A stretch of DNA of 64,000 bases. Origin: Zygnema circumcarinatum SAG 698-1b (Eukaryota > Plantae > Zygnematophyceae). The notes beneath the pieces were generated by a model that made no database searches, had not been told where the DNA came from, and saw nothing but the letters and a program-made list of their open reading frames with translations. Position 1 is the first letter of the stretch. Each line of letters opens with the position of its first letter. Shown here in pieces: positions 63,201 through 64,000 of the stretch. Position numbers and translations under genes: made by a program. The stretch lies in assembly GCA_037447605.1 (NCBI GenBank), contig CM074817.1, positions 1,984,001-2,048,000 of the forward strand, given 5' to 3'.

Positions 63201-64000
63201 GAATTTAGGATTTTCATGTTGTTGGAGAGAGGATGGCATACCTATGACCTCTTACTTTTCAAAGCAAGGCCTTAATGTGTTTTGTATCGTCATGTTCTTT
63301 GCATGAAGTAGGGGGCAAGGGAGGGGCGATGGAGGGGTTATCTGCTAACGATAGCGGGAATGTTGAGAGTCATTGTTCTTGCCAGATTACTGTGTTCTGG
63401 TCGTTCTATCTCTATGTATTAACAGAATCCAATCTCTCCCTCTCCCTCCCATTCTTACACACAGGAAATGCGACTTATAGGACTTCAACCGAATGTATAT
63501 GTTTATAATGCACTATTGAAAATTCTCGGCGAGTGTAATCAGCGTAATAAGGCTGAGGAGACCTACGCCCAAATGGAGCGCTATGGAGTGAAGCCTGATG
63601 AATGTACGGAGGCTCTTGTAAGGCGGTACTCTCTTGGAATGGAGCTTGAAAAAGAGTCCGACGACGAGGAGAGTGGCAGTTGGAGTAGAAGCAGACGAGA
63701 GAGAGGGGGGGAGGGGGAGACAGAGAGATGGCAACAGCTCACAGAGGGAGGGGACTTGAGGCGAGAGGCCGCGTGGGAGGAGGATGTTGGGAGACTCTCA
63801 ACAGACAGTCGTGCAGAGTCGTGGGTGGAAGGTGGGAGCTTTGGAAGGAGAGACGAGGAATGGGGAGAAGGTAGGAGAGAGAAGAGCTTTTCTGAGGCGA
63901 CTGGAGATTGGTGGAGACAGGGAGACGTCGGTGAGAGAGATGGAGGGGGAGAGCGAGATAAAGGAGGAGAGTGGGACAGTAAAGAAGGTGGAAATATGGG
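60266..64000 (+). CDS. P-class pentatricopeptide repeat protein with transit-peptide-like N-terminus; runs off the right edge
   Basis: Tandem 35-aa repeats (AYNSLIAAFAR, SYTAAIQGCSR, VYNTLIAALGQ, TWSGMLTAFAR, SYSTVIKTC, VYNALLKILG). The last exon stays open to the end of the window. Confidence 0.92.

Overview
Gene-dense, intron-rich eukaryotic nuclear DNA from a streptophyte. A non-seed plant or zygnematophycean-type alga is plausible but cannot be proven from this window. I reconstructed about 13 spliced genes by hand from GT-AG junctions and reading-frame phase: a glycine-rich protein, PP4R2, RER1, two tandem legumin-like bicupins flanking an EG16-type GH16 glucanase, a tas-like aldo-keto reductase, a Ppx/GppA phosphatase, a GRAM-VASt protein, TAF7, an RRM protein, an At4g36440-like type I membrane protein and a P-class PPR protein. 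There are also three orphan ORFs, two non-autonomous TIR elements (one a nested pogo-like composite), telomere-like arrays and many polypurine/polypyrimidine intron tracts. The most interesting region is 12-26 kb, a run of signal-peptide genes (bicupin, EG16, bicupin, Gly/Glu-rich hydrophilin) with dense RY and ABRE/G-box motifs that resemble a seed-maturation regulatory architecture. Family assignments come from recalled motifs, not database searches. Most long low-complexity ORFs in the supplied track are artefacts.
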